Of a DNA stretch of 64,000 nt, positions 62,170 to 64,000 are shown in pieces. Numbering within the stretch: position 1 is the first letter of the stretch; each line of letters begins with the position of its first letter. The position numbers and the translations under genes were made by a program. Source of the stretch: Macrostomum lignano (lineage: Eukaryota); assembly GCA_002269645.1 (NCBI GenBank), contig NIVC01003461.1:32756-96755 (forward strand), written 5' to 3'. Below the pieces are notes generated by a model that saw nothing but the letters and a program-made list of their open reading frames with translations, ran no database searches and had not been told where the DNA came from.

Positions 62170-64000
62170 TGCTGCTTTTTTATTGGTTTGTAGAATTGGC
62201 TTCTAGAAGAGCTGAGCAATATCCAGCAAATGACAATTATTGCTTGAAAATCATGCAATAGATTTTAGGTTTATTAATTAGCAAAGGTTGCAATAAGCAT
62301 AGTAATAAATTATAGTAGGCCTATTAATGTTTCAAATGTCTAGATATAAAAGTTTTTAGAAAAGTAAAAAAATAGGACTTGAAAAAGGAATAAAATTTAT
62401 TAAATATGCATTATAATTCTTAATTTTTATTTATTGATTAAGGCAATATCCAATAATTAGACCATGGGCATGGTATAATATCTTTGACTTATATAATTAT
62501 ACATTAAAAAAACAATGCATAATCTAATCTAAGCAATCTGAGTTTGTAATAGCAAGGCTAAGCCAAGCCAAAGAAGGCTAGGCCAGTTGTCATACTCACA
62601 GAGAAAATATCTTTGATACTAAAAATGTACAATAATATTGGCCTACTCAAACGAAAATAAAAAAGTCTAAATTCTAAAACTATCACTGTAGTAGATTTTA
62701 AGATAAAGCATGAGCTGAATTTTGACGAAAGTGAAAAAAAGTATGTCCCTAGACATATCTTCTAGCCAATACTATATTGTACTGTAATTGTAATAGTAGT
62801 GCATAATAGTCTTATTACTCTTATAGACTATAGTCGAAAATAATAGGCCTATTAGTTTTATATAAACAAACTTAAAATAAATGCCATTGGTAAGCTTTAA
62901 AAATGCAAAAAATAAATTTATGAAGTAGTCTTCAAGCTAAGCGATTAAGTAGAAAGCTTAGAAGAGCAGCAACAACTACTAGTAAAACAGAGATTATCTG
63001 CTACCACTACCTTCGTTGTTCATGAGCCGGATATATATAAACAACGATCAGCTGTTTCAAGTGTCACGTGTTTTTGTAGAGGTTTGAACGATCACTAGCA
63101 AGAGAAAAAACAAATAATTTCATGTGACCATAGTAAAAAACAGAAAACTAGAAAGATCTTTAAAAATGAAGGCAAAAATAAAAGTCTTAAGTAAATGTGT
63201 GTAAAATACTTTTTTCTTTCTCATTGCACCATAACGAACAACTGGCTTGATAGTTACATCTGCTCTGGCCTTAGGTCCTGGTAAAATTCATTAATGAAAT
63301 GTTGTTACAACCTACACTGCCTAATAGGACCTCTACTGTCTAATTTGTAGTCAAAATTTAGATTTAGACCTACAAGTTTAACAAAAAGAAGGCATCTTTC
63401 CTTCAAGTTCTAAATTTAAATTTTAGGCATAGTGTAGGGCCTAGTTAGCCTAGTATATATTGTTTGGCTTGAATTGTCCAATAACAGTAATATATTCTAG
63501 AATCTAGGCCTCTAGAATTGTCTAGGTTAGTAGGCCTAAGTAAGATTATGTTTTGAAAAAAATTAGGCACTTGTCTTGAACTTAAAGTAGCTCTAGTTGA
63601 AATAGGCAATGCTAGGCCTAGGGCCTGTAAGTAACAAATAGATAACTAAGTAAAAATAGCTTAAGTTCAAGCTATTTTTCAAAGTCAAAGACCCAAAGCT
63701 AAGGCATATTATTATTTGTGTAGGCCAAGTGCAAGTTGCTACTAGAAATTGAATAATAGTAATATATTTTATATAGGTATAGGGATAGAGATTCAAAGGG
63801 GTAGGCCTAAAGATGCTAGAAATAGATAGGCCCAAGTCTATCTTAGGCCTAGTATCTTTATATTTAGACTAGATTGATAAGTTTATTCTTAGGCCTATTT
63901 TTTAATTTTTATATAATGTTTGCCAAAAACTTAGATTGAAAGATAGGCCTATCCAAACTGACAAAAAAGCAATATGTTTATGTTTATATTGACTAGATTA

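Overview
Eukaryotic (animal) genomic DNA with GC-rich exons, GT-AG introns and an AT-rich background. Introns and spacers are packed with private minisatellites. By inference, not direct proof, this most resembles the flatworm Macrostomum lignano. Positions 1-15029 are an inverted near-copy of 31545-45269. The left copy is full of 1-bp deletions and stops at a 361-N assembly gap, so it may be an assembly or haplotype artefact. Outside the left arm, every recognisable host gene lies on the minus strand in a head-to-tail run: PNO1 > SLC15A4-like transporter > PTCD3/mS39 > Lines (LINS1)-like > cytochrome-b5-fused desaturase, with 4E-BP further upstream. The window also holds a decayed mariner, a full-length but crippled Ty3/Gypsy element and several MITEs. 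Best leads: (1) the Lines-like gene has no genomic ATG for its first ~400 codons but begins at an unpaired, in-frame splice acceptor, as expected if an AUG-terminated spliced leader supplies the start codon within a trans-spliced operon; (2) the intronless desaturase has fungal/plant sphingolipid delta-8-type motifs rather than animal FADS motifs; (3) a PTCD3 intron is built from about 15 tandem acceptor+donor units that would each add an immediate stop if used; (4) there are local clusters of TA-xxxx-TA palindromes that look like transposon excision footprints. All protein assignments are from motif recognition by eye; no database search was run.
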